This document shows positions 28,061 through 35,944 of a stretch of 44,151 bases of DNA, piece after piece. The translations under genes and the position numbers were made by a program. This DNA comes from an uncultured Selenomonadaceae bacterium (GTDB lineage Bacteria > Bacillota > Negativicutes > Selenomonadales > Selenomonadaceae): contig CAMCDL010000001.1 in assembly GCA_945873565.1 (NCBI GenBank), forward strand, positions 1 to 44,151, read 5' to 3'. Every line of letters starts with the position of its first letter. Position 1 is the stretch's first letter. The notes below the pieces were generated by a model. That model was not told the DNA's origin. It saw only the letters and a program-made list of their open reading frames with translations, and did no database searches.

Positions 28061-29449
28061 TCATATGAATTCTATCTGGAATTCTGTATATGGCTTTCTT
28101 CTGTCTTCTGGGCGGCGGGTAAAGGTAATTCTCTTAATCAGAGACTGCCACAATTCCCTTTGCTGAGCTCTGGAGAGATTCGCATAAGTGGCCAGAAAAT
28201 CCGAATCACTGATTATGCGGTCCATGACCGCCGACCGGGTAATCTGTTTCTTCTGGGCGGCCAGCATTTCATTAAGCTCCTGCTGCAGCTTGATAAAATC
28301 AGCCTTGTAGGTGTCTTTATCAATAAGGCCATCTACATACAAATCTTTTAATCTAGTCAGCTTGGCATTGATGTTTTTCATCCGGCGCTCTGGATCCATT
28401 ACTGATTCATTTACTTTGCAAGTTATTTCAGCCTCATATTTAGCAAGAAGCGGAAATAAATTCTTGATAAGGTAGCGCTCAATAACATTCTCTGAGATGC
28501 CGCCGCCATATTGACAGCCGCCTGCTGATATAGGCTTGCCGGTCACATAGCGATTCCCGCAAATATATGTAACTGTAGAATAGGTTTTCTTCTTTTTGAT
28601 TTTCCCGCAGTTGACTACAAGGATATTGCCGCAGCTTGGACAGACTATCTTGCCATTGAACAGGTATGATTTGCCGGTGCGTGACGGCTGGCGGTTCCTT
28701 GAAAGAATTTCCTGGACATAATCAAAATCATGCGGTGATATGATGGCAGGGCAGAAGTCAGGAATGCCATAGCGTTCACCCTTATAGGTTGGATTCCGCA
28801 GGATGCGCCATATTCGCTTGGCAGCCATGCTGACACCAAACTCAGCCAGCACCTTGCCAGCAATTGAGTGAGTGGAGGACCCTGCCAGAATTTGAGCAAA
28901 GATAAACTCCACAATGGGACGCTCATTCTCAACAATAACCAGCTTCTTGTCTATGCTGGCATAGGCAAAAGGATGCTTGCCAGTAACTTCTTCCTTGCGG
29001 CGCTTCTTGCCTTGGTTGATGTATTTGATGCGGTCGCTTGTCTGATCTGATTCATTCTGGGCGATGGACAGCTTAAGATTAAGCATCAGGCGCCCATTGG
29101 TAGTGGTGGTATTATAATCCTCCTGGGTACATTCCCATTCCACGTTATGGGCATCCAGAATCTCTTGGACCCTGTAATAATCCTGCACATTGCGGAACCA
29201 CCGGTCTAAGCATTTAAGGATGATAATATCCACACGTCCAGCCTGTACATCCTCCAGCAGGCGCTGGAGCTCCTTGCGTTTCCTGATGCTCTTGCGGGCG
29301 GTATTGCCTTCATCGGCATAGACATCATAGACAGCATAGCCATGATTCTGGGCATAGTGTTCCAGGTCGGCGCGCTGTTCCTGCAGGGAATAGCCATGCT
29401 TAGCCTGCTCATCCGTAGAGACACGGATATAAAGTGCTGCTTTTTTCAT
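28061..29449 (-). CDS. Large serine recombinase (phage integrase)
   Basis: 462 aa from ATG 29449, with RBS AAGAGGTG. The resolvase catalytic N-domain reads AALYIRVSTDEQ. A recombinase domain follows, then a zinc-ribbon (CPSCG...C) and a coiled-coil C-terminus. Confidence 0.92.
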   Translation of the reverse strand: MKKAALYIRVSTDEQAKHGYSLQEQRADLEHYAQNHGYAVYDVYADEGNTARKSIRKRKELQRLLEDVQAGRVDIIILKCLDRWFRNVQDYYRVQEILDAHNVEWECTQEDYNTTTTNGRLMLNLKLSIAQNESDQTSDRIKYINQGKKRRKEEVTGKHPFAYASIDKKLVIVENERPIVEFIFAQILAGSSTHSIAGKVLAEFGVSMAAKRIWRILRNPTYKGERYGIPDFCPAIISPHDFDYVQEILSRNRQPSRTGKSYLFNGKIVCPSCGNILVVNCGKIKKKKTYSTVTYICGNRYVTGKPISAGGCQYGGGISENVIERYLIKNLFPLLAKYEAEITCKVNESVMDPERRMKNINAKLTRLKDLYVDGLIDKDTYKADFIKLQQELNEMLAAQKKQITRSAVMDRIISDSDFLATYANLSRAQQRELWQSLIKRITFTRRPEDRRKPYTEFQIEFI

Positions 29450-29472
29450 AATAAAAACACCTCTTTCTTTTA

Positions 29473-29586
29473 TTGGCAAATAGCCTCGGAGGTGTTATAA
29501 TCTCTGTGAGTGTGGTGAGATTTGTCCTCCGGGGCTTATCGACATCCATAGGCCGCTCCCTGTTGGCGCAGGGGACGGCTTTTTTA
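29473..29586 (+). ncRNA. Candidate ~80-nt sRNA unit divergent from the integrase
   Basis: TTGGCA (29473-29478) is separated by 17 nt from TATAAT (29496-29501). The terminator pairs GCCGCTCCCTG (29552-29562) with CAGGGGACGGC (29569-29579), and a T7 run follows. No RBS or plausible ORF is present. Confidence 0.35.
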
Positions 29587-29640
29587 TTGTTATCTATAAT
29601 TTTAACTTTTCCTCCGAATAACACTCCTTTACACATAGAA

Positions 29641-29751
29641 AATAAAAAGAGACCTTGCTTCTCCGTAGATAAGCAAGGCCCCCGCAGATTCCCCTCAAGG
29701 TCTCTGCTATTTCCTTGCTTTAATTGTAGAGTATATATTGCTAGTCGTCAA
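29641..29751 (-). ncRNA. Candidate ~75-nt sRNA unit on the minus strand, convergent with the previous one
   Basis: On the minus strand, TTGACG (29751-29746) is separated by 17 nt from TACAAT (29728-29723). The terminator pairs CCTTGCTT with AAGCAAGG (29678-29653) perfectly over 8 bp, followed by TCTCTTTTTATTTT. Confidence 0.35.
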
Positions 29752-29933
29752 TACTATTTATTAACAACCCTGTGCATAATACATCCACATTTGTGGATAA
29801 CACCGCCTTATGGGACGGCTTTTTTATTTGAGCTATTTCCGATTTGGAAACAGTTCAAATCCGCAACCGGTTTCGTATATAAATATCCGAGAAGACAGTT
29901 GATGGGCACTTTGCACTTTTTACAAATTAATAC

Positions 29934-29962
29934 TTGCTATACGTGTTTATACGTGTTATAAT
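29934..29962 (+). promoter_or_regulatory. hicAB promoter with a tandem 10-bp repeat in the spacer
   Basis: TTGCTA (29934-29939) is separated by 17 nt from TATAAT (29957-29962). TATACGTGTT occurs twice in perfect tandem (29938-29947 and 29948-29957). Confidence 0.65.
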
Positions 29963-29976
29963 ATATACATCAGGAG

Positions 29977-30168
29977 GTGGTAGATACGAAACCAAAGGAA
30001 CTACTCAAGATTCTTAAAGCCGATGGTTGGACAATAGCAAGGATTAGAGGTTCCCACTACAGCCTAGAACATCCAACAAAGGCTGGACATCCAACCATCC
30101 CGATGCATAACACGGATTTGAAGCCGGGAACATTCAACAGTATATTGAAGCAGGCGGGTCTCAAATGA
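29977..30168 (+). CDS. hicA: HicA-family mRNA interferase toxin
   Basis: 63 aa. It reads LLKILKADGWTIARIRGSHYSLEHP...IPMH...LKPGTFNSILKQAGL, with the conserved GSH. The start is uncertain because the listed GTG abuts the AGGAGG RBS. Confidence 0.85.
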   Translation: MVDTKPKELLKILKADGWTIARIRGSHYSLEHPTKAGHPTIPMHNTDLKPGTFNSILKQAGLK

Positions 30169-30211
30169 GGCCCCTTGCAGAAATCTTATAGACAGTACAG
30201 GAGGTTTTGTT

Positions 30212-30610
30212 ATGGAAAAATTACTATATCCAGCAGTATTCCATCCTGAAGAGGTGGGCGGTTATTCTGTAACCTTTCCTGACCTTTTGGGTTGCGTTAC
30301 CGAAGGGGACACCATGCAGGAAGCTATTGAAATGGCAGAGGACGCTTTGGGAATTTATCTTTATACCCTCAAGGAAAATAAAGAAGAGGTACCAGCAGCA
30401 TCAAATCCAGCTGACATAAAGACAGAGGGCCGAGATTTTGTTTCACTGATTTCCTATGATGAACTGGAATACTTGAAACGTACTGATAGTCACGCCATCA
30501 AGAAAACATTAACAATTCCAGCATGGATGGATACACTGGCCAAAGAGAATAATCTTAATTTTTCCCAGGTTCTTCAGAATGCCATCCGTAAAGAACTAAA
30601 TCTTGCATAG
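30212..30610 (+). CDS. hicB: HicB-family antitoxin with a C-terminal RHH-like DNA-binding tail
   Basis: 132 aa. It begins YPAVFHPEEVGGYSVTFPDLLGCVTEGDTMQEAIEMAEDAL. The tail is TLTIPAWMDTLAKENNLNFSQVLQNAI. Confidence 0.88.
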   Translation: MEKLLYPAVFHPEEVGGYSVTFPDLLGCVTEGDTMQEAIEMAEDALGIYLYTLKENKEEVPAASNPADIKTEGRDFVSLISYDELEYLKRTDSHAIKKTLTIPAWMDTLAKENNLNFSQVLQNAIRKELNLA

Positions 30611-30622
30611 TGTCACTATAGT

Positions 30623-30650
30623 CCGCTCCGTCCTTCGGGGCGGCTTTTTT
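30623..30650. terminator. Terminator after hicB, with an A/T run on both sides
   Basis: CCGCTCCG (30623-30630) pairs with CGGGGCGG (30636-30643), followed by CTTTTTTATTATTTTTT. Confidence 0.75.
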
Positions 30651-30651
30651 A

Positions 30652-30907
30652 TTATTTTTTGCGGTTCTTTATGAAAGGAATTGCTTCTTCTAATTCTGCC
30701 ATATCCTCTTCATCAGCTTTTGTGGCTTCATAACGCTTGCGTTTAGCTTCAAATTCTTCATGTCCGAAATAGCAATGTTCATTTTTGGCACATTGCTTTC
30801 TTTATGTTCTTTCGCCAGCGGTAGAGTCTGAGGCTATAGATGTTCCCTTTTCCCGCTGCATTTCCTGCAATGATAGCTCTTTCAGCATCAGAACCGACGC
30901 GAATCAT
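30652..30907 (-). pseudogene. Small ORF split by a frameshift at an A5 run (about 85 aa if repaired), unknown function
   Basis: Part a (30907-30779) reads MIRVGSDAERAIIAGNAAGKGNIYSLRLYRWRKNIKKAMCQK*. Part b, in another frame, reads NEHCYFGHEEFEAKRKRYEATKADEEDMAELEEAIPFIKNRKK* and ends at 30652. The junction is CCAAAAATGAA. Confidence 0.35.
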
Positions 30908-30917
30908 TTTCGTGACA

Positions 30918-31778
30918 TCACGAAAATGGTCTTTTATCTTCTTTTAGTAGTTTCTTCTGTTCCAATTTTAGCTGATTAATGCTCCTATCAGGTGTTGGCA
31001 AATCCTCCGGCATGGTACCTCCCAAATCTTTGATGGTCTGGCGAACAGCCCGGCCGACTTCAAAGTGAGTTTTATTAGCTGCTTCTTTACCCTTAATATT
31101 CTCTCGACGCAGTTTCTCATCGGTTTGAGTAGCGCGGAAAAGGTTAGCTGCTAATTCTGTACTACCCATGTAGTCCAGTATCTTTTGCCCTTTTTTTAAG
31201 CCTTTGCGGGTATGGATATCGGCAGCTTTTAGTCCGCCGTAGAGTCCCATGTAACCATAATTCTGGAACACTGCATATTCGATACCCTGATTAACTCCGG
31301 CATTATGAGCAGCATCCGCCAGTGACTTATTGTGTTCTAGTATTTGGTGTCGAATTTCCAACCGTCTCTGATCTTCAGAGAGCCTGTCATAGTTCTCAAT
31401 GAGTTCCTGCTGGCGAGTTTTGACAGCAAAATATGTCTGAGCTAAAGCAATGGCTTCCTTGCGAGAATCGCCGTTCATGGCGATAAGATAGCAAGCATAA
31501 CGGGAAAGCCTATAATTTTCAATCTTTCTTTTTGCACCATGACCAATTTCAATCATTTCGTGTACTTGCACGAAATGTTCAGAAGCGTTGTTATTGCTAG
31601 TTTCGCAGGCATCTATTGCTTTGTTAATAACCTTTTTGAAAAACCGGTACTCGTTATATTCCAAGATAGGAATTAGTTCTCTAGCGGTCCAATATTCCTG
31701 CCCATATTCATTTACATGTTTAATGGAATCAAAGAGTGATTCGCCGTGCTCGATATTTTCATTATCAAAGAAAAACAT
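30918..31778 (-). CDS. dinD: DNA-damage-inducible protein D (DinD) family protein
   Basis: 286 aa from ATG 31778, with RBS AAAGGA. It reads FDSIKHVNEYGQEYWTARELIPILEY...LSRYACYLIAMNGDSRKEAIALAQTYFAVKTRQQE...GYMGLYGG, which matches my memory of DinD. The listed 344-aa ORF has an implausible N-terminal extension. Confidence 0.8.
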   Translation of the reverse strand: MFFFDNENIEHGESLFDSIKHVNEYGQEYWTARELIPILEYNEYRFFKKVINKAIDACETSNNNASEHFVQVHEMIEIGHGAKRKIENYRLSRYACYLIAMNGDSRKEAIALAQTYFAVKTRQQELIENYDRLSEDQRRLEIRHQILEHNKSLADAAHNAGVNQGIEYAVFQNYGYMGLYGGLKAADIHTRKGLKKGQKILDYMGSTELAANLFRATQTDEKLRRENIKGKEAANKTHFEVGRAVRQTIKDLGGTMPEDLPTPDRSINQLKLEQKKLLKEDKRPFS

Positions 31779-31948
31779 TATATCAATCCTTTCATTACCG
31801 CTTCCTCCGGGGTGGTATATAGCCGTTGCGATGTGCAGCGGCTTTTTATTTATGCCTGAAATATTCGACCTGGTCAGCTGAAGCGTCAGCTCTGGTATCA
31901 TTATTCTCCATGTGATCCAATTCATGCTGGACTGAAACCATGATTTTA

Positions 31949-32188
31949 TCATGGCCTAAACTGATGCCGTTTATTCTCCAGCTGGTCGGCGGGGGTGGAG
32001 GACTCCATATCCGCTTTTTCTATATGCTCCAGCTCGTGCCTGATGGTCTGCATCTGCTGCTCGCGTGTATGGTTCTTGTTGACATATATGTTGTAGTGCC
32101 CGTCGGCATCCTCGCAGACGAACCCTTTTACTTTTGAGCCCAGTCCGCCGGTAAGGCGGATAAGATAGTCAATACCTTCAATCAGCAT
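31949..32188 (-). CDS. Short ImmA/IrrE-like zinc metallopeptidase (HEXXH)
   Basis: 79 aa. It carries IRHELEHI and lies immediately downstream of the XRE repressor in the same operon, the classic ImmR/ImmA arrangement. Confidence 0.6.
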   Translation of the reverse strand: MLIEGIDYLIRLTGGLGSKVKGFVCEDADGHYNIYVNKNHTREQQMQTIRHELEHIEKADMESSTPADQLENKRHQFRP

Positions 32189-32203
32189 ATGATACCACCT
32201 CTG

Positions 32204-32584
32204 TTATTCCTCACCCTTTAACTGCTTAAGCAGATTGGCTGCTATTTCCAGATCCTTAGGAGAGGCCTTGCGGGATGCATCAAACAGCATGCGCATACCA
32301 GGCTGGTTCTTGAGTCGGTCGGCCAGCTCGGCGGTTTCGGGGTCTACGTAGTAGGAGGGGGAGGGCTTGGGAGTGGAGCTGTCCCAGCCCATGATGTATT
32401 CTGGCTGAACACCATACAATTTCGCCAATGCCTCTATTTTGTCGGAAGGGATATTAGTAATAATTCCCATTTCATATTTATATAAAGTCTGTTTGGATAC
32501 ACCAATGTTCTTTCCAACAAATTCCTGAGTATATCCTAATTTTTTGCGTAGTTGCCTGAGGCGAATGCCAATTAATTCTCCCAT
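32204..32584 (-). CDS. XRE/cI-type phage repressor
   Basis: 126 aa. The HTH_3 region reads IGIRLRQLRKKLGYTQEFVGKNIGVSKQTLYKYEMG. It is divergent from the Cro-like gene. Confidence 0.88.
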   Translation of the reverse strand: MGELIGIRLRQLRKKLGYTQEFVGKNIGVSKQTLYKYEMGIITNIPSDKIEALAKLYGVQPEYIMGWDSSTPKPSPSYYVDPETAELADRLKNQPGMRMLFDASRKASPKDLEIAANLLKQLKGEE

Positions 32585-32751
32585 GAATAAAGCCTCCTTT
32601 ATTTAGGTTATGAATTAATAATATCATAAAATATCTTAAAAGGCGACAAAAATGTTAATTAAATTAACAAAAATATCTTGACAGGTTACAAGAGAGGATA
32701 TATACTGTATGTAACCTAATAAGTTACAAATGGCGAAAGGAGGAGCCTTTA
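32585..32751. promoter_or_regulatory. Lysis-lysogeny switch region with divergent promoters and operators
   Basis: The rightward promoter is TTGACA (32678-32683), 17 nt, TATACT (32701-32706). The operator-like element GTAACCTAATAAGTTAC sits at 32711-32727. The perfect palindrome GTTAATTAAATTAAC sits at 32654-32668. Confidence 0.7.
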
Positions 32752-32946
32752 GTGATATTAACCAATGATATATTGGGGCTTATGGCCAAACATCATATTA
32801 CCAGAAAGGAAATGGCTGCCAAGCTGGGTATTGCGCCTAAAACGTTTAGCCTTAAGCTAGAAAAGGGTGTTTTTGGTTCCGATGAAATAGAAATTATGAT
32901 TAAGGAACTGAAAATTGAAAACCCTGCCGATATTTTTTTTGCTTAA
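32752..32946 (+). CDS. Cro-like small HTH regulator
   Basis: 64 aa with a GTG start after GGAGGAG. It reads ITRKEMAAKLGIAPKTFSLKLEKG. It is the first gene of the rightward early operon. Confidence 0.7.
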   Translation: MILTNDILGLMAKHHITRKEMAAKLGIAPKTFSLKLEKGVFGSDEIEIMIKELKIENPADIFFA

Positions 32947-33055
32947 ATTGGTAACTTAAAAAGTTACAAAAACTGCGTCAGGCAGGGCTACGCCAATAGC
33001 TCCGCCAAAGGCTTATGGACGCCACACTCAAAAAACATTGAAGGGAGAGATTGGT

Positions 33056-33193
33056 ATGAGTGAAAACTTAAAAAACTTCAATCCCGAAAAGATGATAAGG
33101 ACCTTGCTCCAGCTGGATGCAAGGGAAAAGGGACTGACTGTTGAGGTAACAGTCAAGGCTAAAGAGAATAAGGAAGAAGGAGCTAGGCATTAA
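33056..33193 (+). CDS. Small hypothetical protein (45 aa)
   Basis: ATG 33056 follows GAAGGGAGAG. The stop overlaps the next start through TAATG. It is too short for the supplied ORF track. Confidence 0.4.
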   Translation: MSENLKNFNPEKMIRTLLQLDAREKGLTVEVTVKAKENKEEGARH

Positions 33194-34017
33194 TGATTAA
33201 GACTACTAGATACGGCAAGACTACAGTAGAGAAGGAATTTAGCGACATCGCTAAGGCCATCAAGTATATCAAAGTCTACAGCAAAGGGGTGCCGTTCTCT
33301 GTTGAGTGCGACACCATGAACGAAGCTAAGGCTCTTGAGGATGCTGGTATCAGCAAGACTATCAGCATCCTTGTCAAGGAGCAGGAGTGCGTTACTGAGA
33401 TTCCTGCTGAGCTGGATGCAGATATCACACCTGAATATCTGGTCAAGAGAGATGAGGCTCTGGCTGAGGAGGAGCTGGCAAACTGTGCTGGCGATATGTA
33501 CCGGCTGGCCATGGACTTTGATGGAACAGAAATGGCCCTGCGCAGAGAGCTCAGCAGGATTATAAAAAGTTATAACCTGCCGACCGCCCAGCGCCATACA
33601 GCCTATAGGGCCCTGGACAGATATGCTGAGGACTACATGTACACATATCAGGAACGCACTAAGGCTCTTAAGAAGCTGGAGGCGGTTGCCAGCGCGATTA
33701 GGCGCGACTGGGGCGGTACAGCGAGTGAATTGACTACTCATCTGATGGAGGTGGCACAGGAGTATGACTGCAGGGTAGCTCAGGTGACAGCAGTAATTCG
33801 CAAAGAGGTCAGCAGATTCGAGGCGATGCAGAATGAGGCGAAACTGGCCGATGAGGGATATATTGTTTCCCATCTTAAATCTTCTAGCATCCAGATTACC
33901 TGGCGCGACAATGGCAGGAATGCCACAAAGATTTTCCCGACCGCATGGCTGGCAAATACCCAGCGCGTAAATAAATTTATCGTAGCTCACTCAGGAGGCG
34001 CTTATGAAATTGGCTAA
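33193..34017 (+). CDS. Hypothetical phage early protein
   Basis: 274 aa, coupled to its neighbours on both sides. I recognise no family. A same-length antisense ORF is judged to be a shadow. Confidence 0.6.
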   Translation: MIKTTRYGKTTVEKEFSDIAKAIKYIKVYSKGVPFSVECDTMNEAKALEDAGISKTISILVKEQECVTEIPAELDADITPEYLVKRDEALAEEELANCAGDMYRLAMDFDGTEMALRRELSRIIKSYNLPTAQRHTAYRALDRYAEDYMYTYQERTKALKKLEAVASAIRRDWGGTASELTTHLMEVAQEYDCRVAQVTAVIRKEVSRFEAMQNEAKLADEGYIVSHLKSSSIQITWRDNGRNATKIFPTAWLANTQRVNKFIVAHSGGAYEIG

Positions 34018-34306
34018 CAAAATTCTTGCAGTTGCAACAATAGCTGTAACCGCGCTGGTGGCATGGGGATATGCTTTCAATGGCACTTATCAGTATCAGA
34101 CAGAAGTTATCCAGATGGCTCCAGGGGATACGCTCTGGGCCATATCCGAGAAGTATTATCCGCAGAACGAGGACGGCGCCTGCTTTGACGATTTCAATAC
34201 CCGTCTCTGCGATGAAAACAAGGACCTCTGGGCCAATGGCAGAGTACCACAGCCAGGCGATAAGGTTATCGTTCCGCTAAGGAAGAAGGTTGAAAATGAC
34301 GACTGA
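34004..34306 (+). CDS. Membrane-anchored LysM-domain protein
   Basis: 100 aa. The N-terminal TM helix is ILAVATIAVTALVAWGYAF. The LysM-like core reads IQMAPGDTLWAISEKYY...PGDKVIVP. Confidence 0.6.
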   Translation: MKLANKILAVATIAVTALVAWGYAFNGTYQYQTEVIQMAPGDTLWAISEKYYPQNEDGACFDDFNTRLCDENKDLWANGRVPQPGDKVIVPLRKKVENDD

Positions 34307-34562
34307 TACACAGCTCTTTATTAAAAATAAGCACGGATACGGTTTGCGTATCGATTCGTACGTTATGGATCTTGATAGTGACACGATAGCGGTGTCCACA
34401 AAAGCTAATGTCATTTATGGACTGGAAGTAATTGACTTTGGCTATCTGAGCAATTCATTTACGGCTGATATAGGCCAGAAGGGGATAGCCGACCTTCAGA
34501 AAGTTCAACAGGAACGCCTCGTCAAGCTGATGGGGGATTTCTGGGGTGAATTTCACAAATAA
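34296..34562 (+). CDS. Hypothetical protein
   Basis: 88 aa from ATG 34296. It overlaps the end of the LysM gene. Confidence 0.5.
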   Translation: MTTDTQLFIKNKHGYGLRIDSYVMDLDSDTIAVSTKANVIYGLEVIDFGYLSNSFTADIGQKGIADLQKVQQERLVKLMGDFWGEFHK

Positions 34563-34647
34563 AAAAGCGGCCTGCTAGACACAGACCGCTAAGCCCCCAG
34601 AATGGGGACAAACAACAACATCTTAATTATATCAACAGGAGGCACTG

Positions 34648-35115
34648 ATGGCAACATTATACGAAATTAATCGGGATATCATGTCCTGTATCGACCTGGA
34701 ATCAGGCGAAATAATAGATTACCAGAAGCTGGAGAAGCTGCAGCTGGATAAGCAGACCAAACTGGAGAACATAGCACTTTGGATCAAGAATATCAGATCC
34801 GATATCAAAGCTTATGAGGATGAGGAGAAGGCCTTCAAGAACAAGAAGGATGCTGCCAGGCGTCAGCTGGATAGCCTGGAGTCACTTCTGGGGGCTGAGC
34901 TGGCAGGTGAGAAATTCAAAACCGCAAAGGTTTCCGTCTACTACACAAAAAGAACGGCCGTAGAGGTATCAGATTTGGCCGTAGAGGCCCTTCCGAGGAA
35001 ATACCTAAGGGTAAGTATATCCCCGGCCAAGCAGGAGCTTAAAAAGGCATTAGAGAACGGTGAGGTTATAGAAGGATGTCAGCTGGTAGAATCCACCAGC
35101 ATGGTGATCAGATGA
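34648..35115 (+). CDS. Siphovirus Gp157-family protein
   Basis: 155 aa. It begins MATLYEINRDIMSCIDLESGEIID...KLENIALWIKN, a typical Gp157 N-terminus. It leads a Gp157/ATPase/DUF669 module. Confidence 0.75.
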   Translation: MATLYEINRDIMSCIDLESGEIIDYQKLEKLQLDKQTKLENIALWIKNIRSDIKAYEDEEKAFKNKKDAARRQLDSLESLLGAELAGEKFKTAKVSVYYTKRTAVEVSDLAVEALPRKYLRVSISPAKQELKKALENGEVIEGCQLVESTSMVIR

Positions 35116-35297
35116 TGCAAGAGGATGATTTTGAGCCAGTAAGCGATGAAGATAAAGTATTATTTGCTCGCTTGATGTTCCTGTATCGCTGTTCTAGAAG
35201 GAAATATCCGCATAGGGTGGCCAAGCTATCCCTTCCAGTAATACGGGATATATGGCAGAACGCAAAGCAGGCTGTTGATTATTATGGAATGAGGTGA
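35112..35297 (+). CDS. Hypothetical protein
   Basis: 61 aa from ATG 35112, overlapping the Gp157 stop through ATGA. Confidence 0.45.
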   Translation: MMQEDDFEPVSDEDKVLFARLMFLYRCSRRKYPHRVAKLSLPVIRDIWQNAKQAVDYYGMR

Positions 35298-35302
35298 TAT
35301 AG

Positions 35303-35944
35303 GTGGGGGTTCCAGTTCTTATTATTGGGCGTAGCGGTGCTGGCAAGAGTGCCAGCATGAGAAATCTTAATCCTGAGGAAATCGGGATATTCAATGTGGC
35401 CAGCAAGGTGCTGCCATTCAAGAAGAAAATGAAGGTGAGTAATCATCCGACGTATGAAAGCATCGAAAAGGCCCTTATCAAGAATAACCTGAAGGCTTAC
35501 GTGATAGATGATTCACAGTTCCTGATGGCCTTTGAACAGCTGTCCAGAGCCAATGAATCTGGATACAAGAAGTATACAGACATTGGCCTGCATTTTTACG
35601 CGCTGGTGGAGACAGTAATCAACAGAACCAGCGAGGATACCATCGTGTATTTTCTGCATCATACGGAAAGCACGGAAGCTGGTGAGATAAAGGCAAAGAC
35701 CGTCGGCAAGCTCATAGATAATTGGCTGACTTTGGAGGGCCTTTTCTCCATCGTCATACATGCCACAGTAGATAACGAGGGGCATTGGTTTGTCACCCAG
35801 ACAGATGGCCAGACAACGGCCAAGAGCCCTATGGGGATGTTCCCTCTTAAGATGGATAATGACCTGAAGGCTATAGATGATGCCATCAGAGCATATTATG
35901 AATTTGTTAATCCAGAAAAGTTAGAAAAGGAGACTAAAGAATGA
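35303..35944 (+). CDS. P-loop NTPase (AAA_24/Sak4-like by position)
   Basis: 213 aa. It has the Walker A motif GRSGAGKS and the Walker B-like segment AYVIDDSQ. It lies between Gp157 and DUF669, as in many Bacillota phages. Confidence 0.6.
   Translation: MGVPVLIIGRSGAGKSASMRNLNPEEIGIFNVASKVLPFKKKMKVSNHPTYESIEKALIKNNLKAYVIDDSQFLMAFEQLSRANESGYKKYTDIGLHFYALVETVINRTSEDTIVYFLHHTESTEAGEIKAKTVGKLIDNWLTLEGLFSIVIHATVDNEGHWFVTQTDGQTTAKSPMGMFPLKMDNDLKAIDDAIRAYYEFVNPEKLEKETKE

Noticed and set aside
29473-29961. 162-aa plus-strand ORF in the int-hicA spacer
   Set aside because: Its 'start' is the -35 TTG of a promoter. It reads through two terminator hairpins and a promoter, and it has no RBS. The region is better explained as non-coding.
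31779-31948. LexA/DinR box upstream of the dinD homolog
   Set aside because: The closest sequence (CGAATATTTCAGG) does not fit CGAAC-N4-GTTCG, so I make no SOS-box claim.
31779-31952. N-terminal 58-codon extension of the DinD ORF as listed (start 31952)
   Set aside because: The extension overlaps the end of the ImmA-like gene and runs through a stable hairpin. It also lacks DinD similarity. ATG 31778 has an AAAGGA RBS and gives a DinD-sized protein.
33190-33990. 266-aa minus-strand ORF almost exactly antisense to the 274-aa plus-strand gene
   Set aside because: The plus-strand ORF is translationally coupled to both neighbours (TAATG and an overlapping RBS-led start) and has a normal composition. 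The antisense product is rich in Leu, Ser, Cys and His, has no RBS and runs against the operon. I treat it as a shadow ORF.
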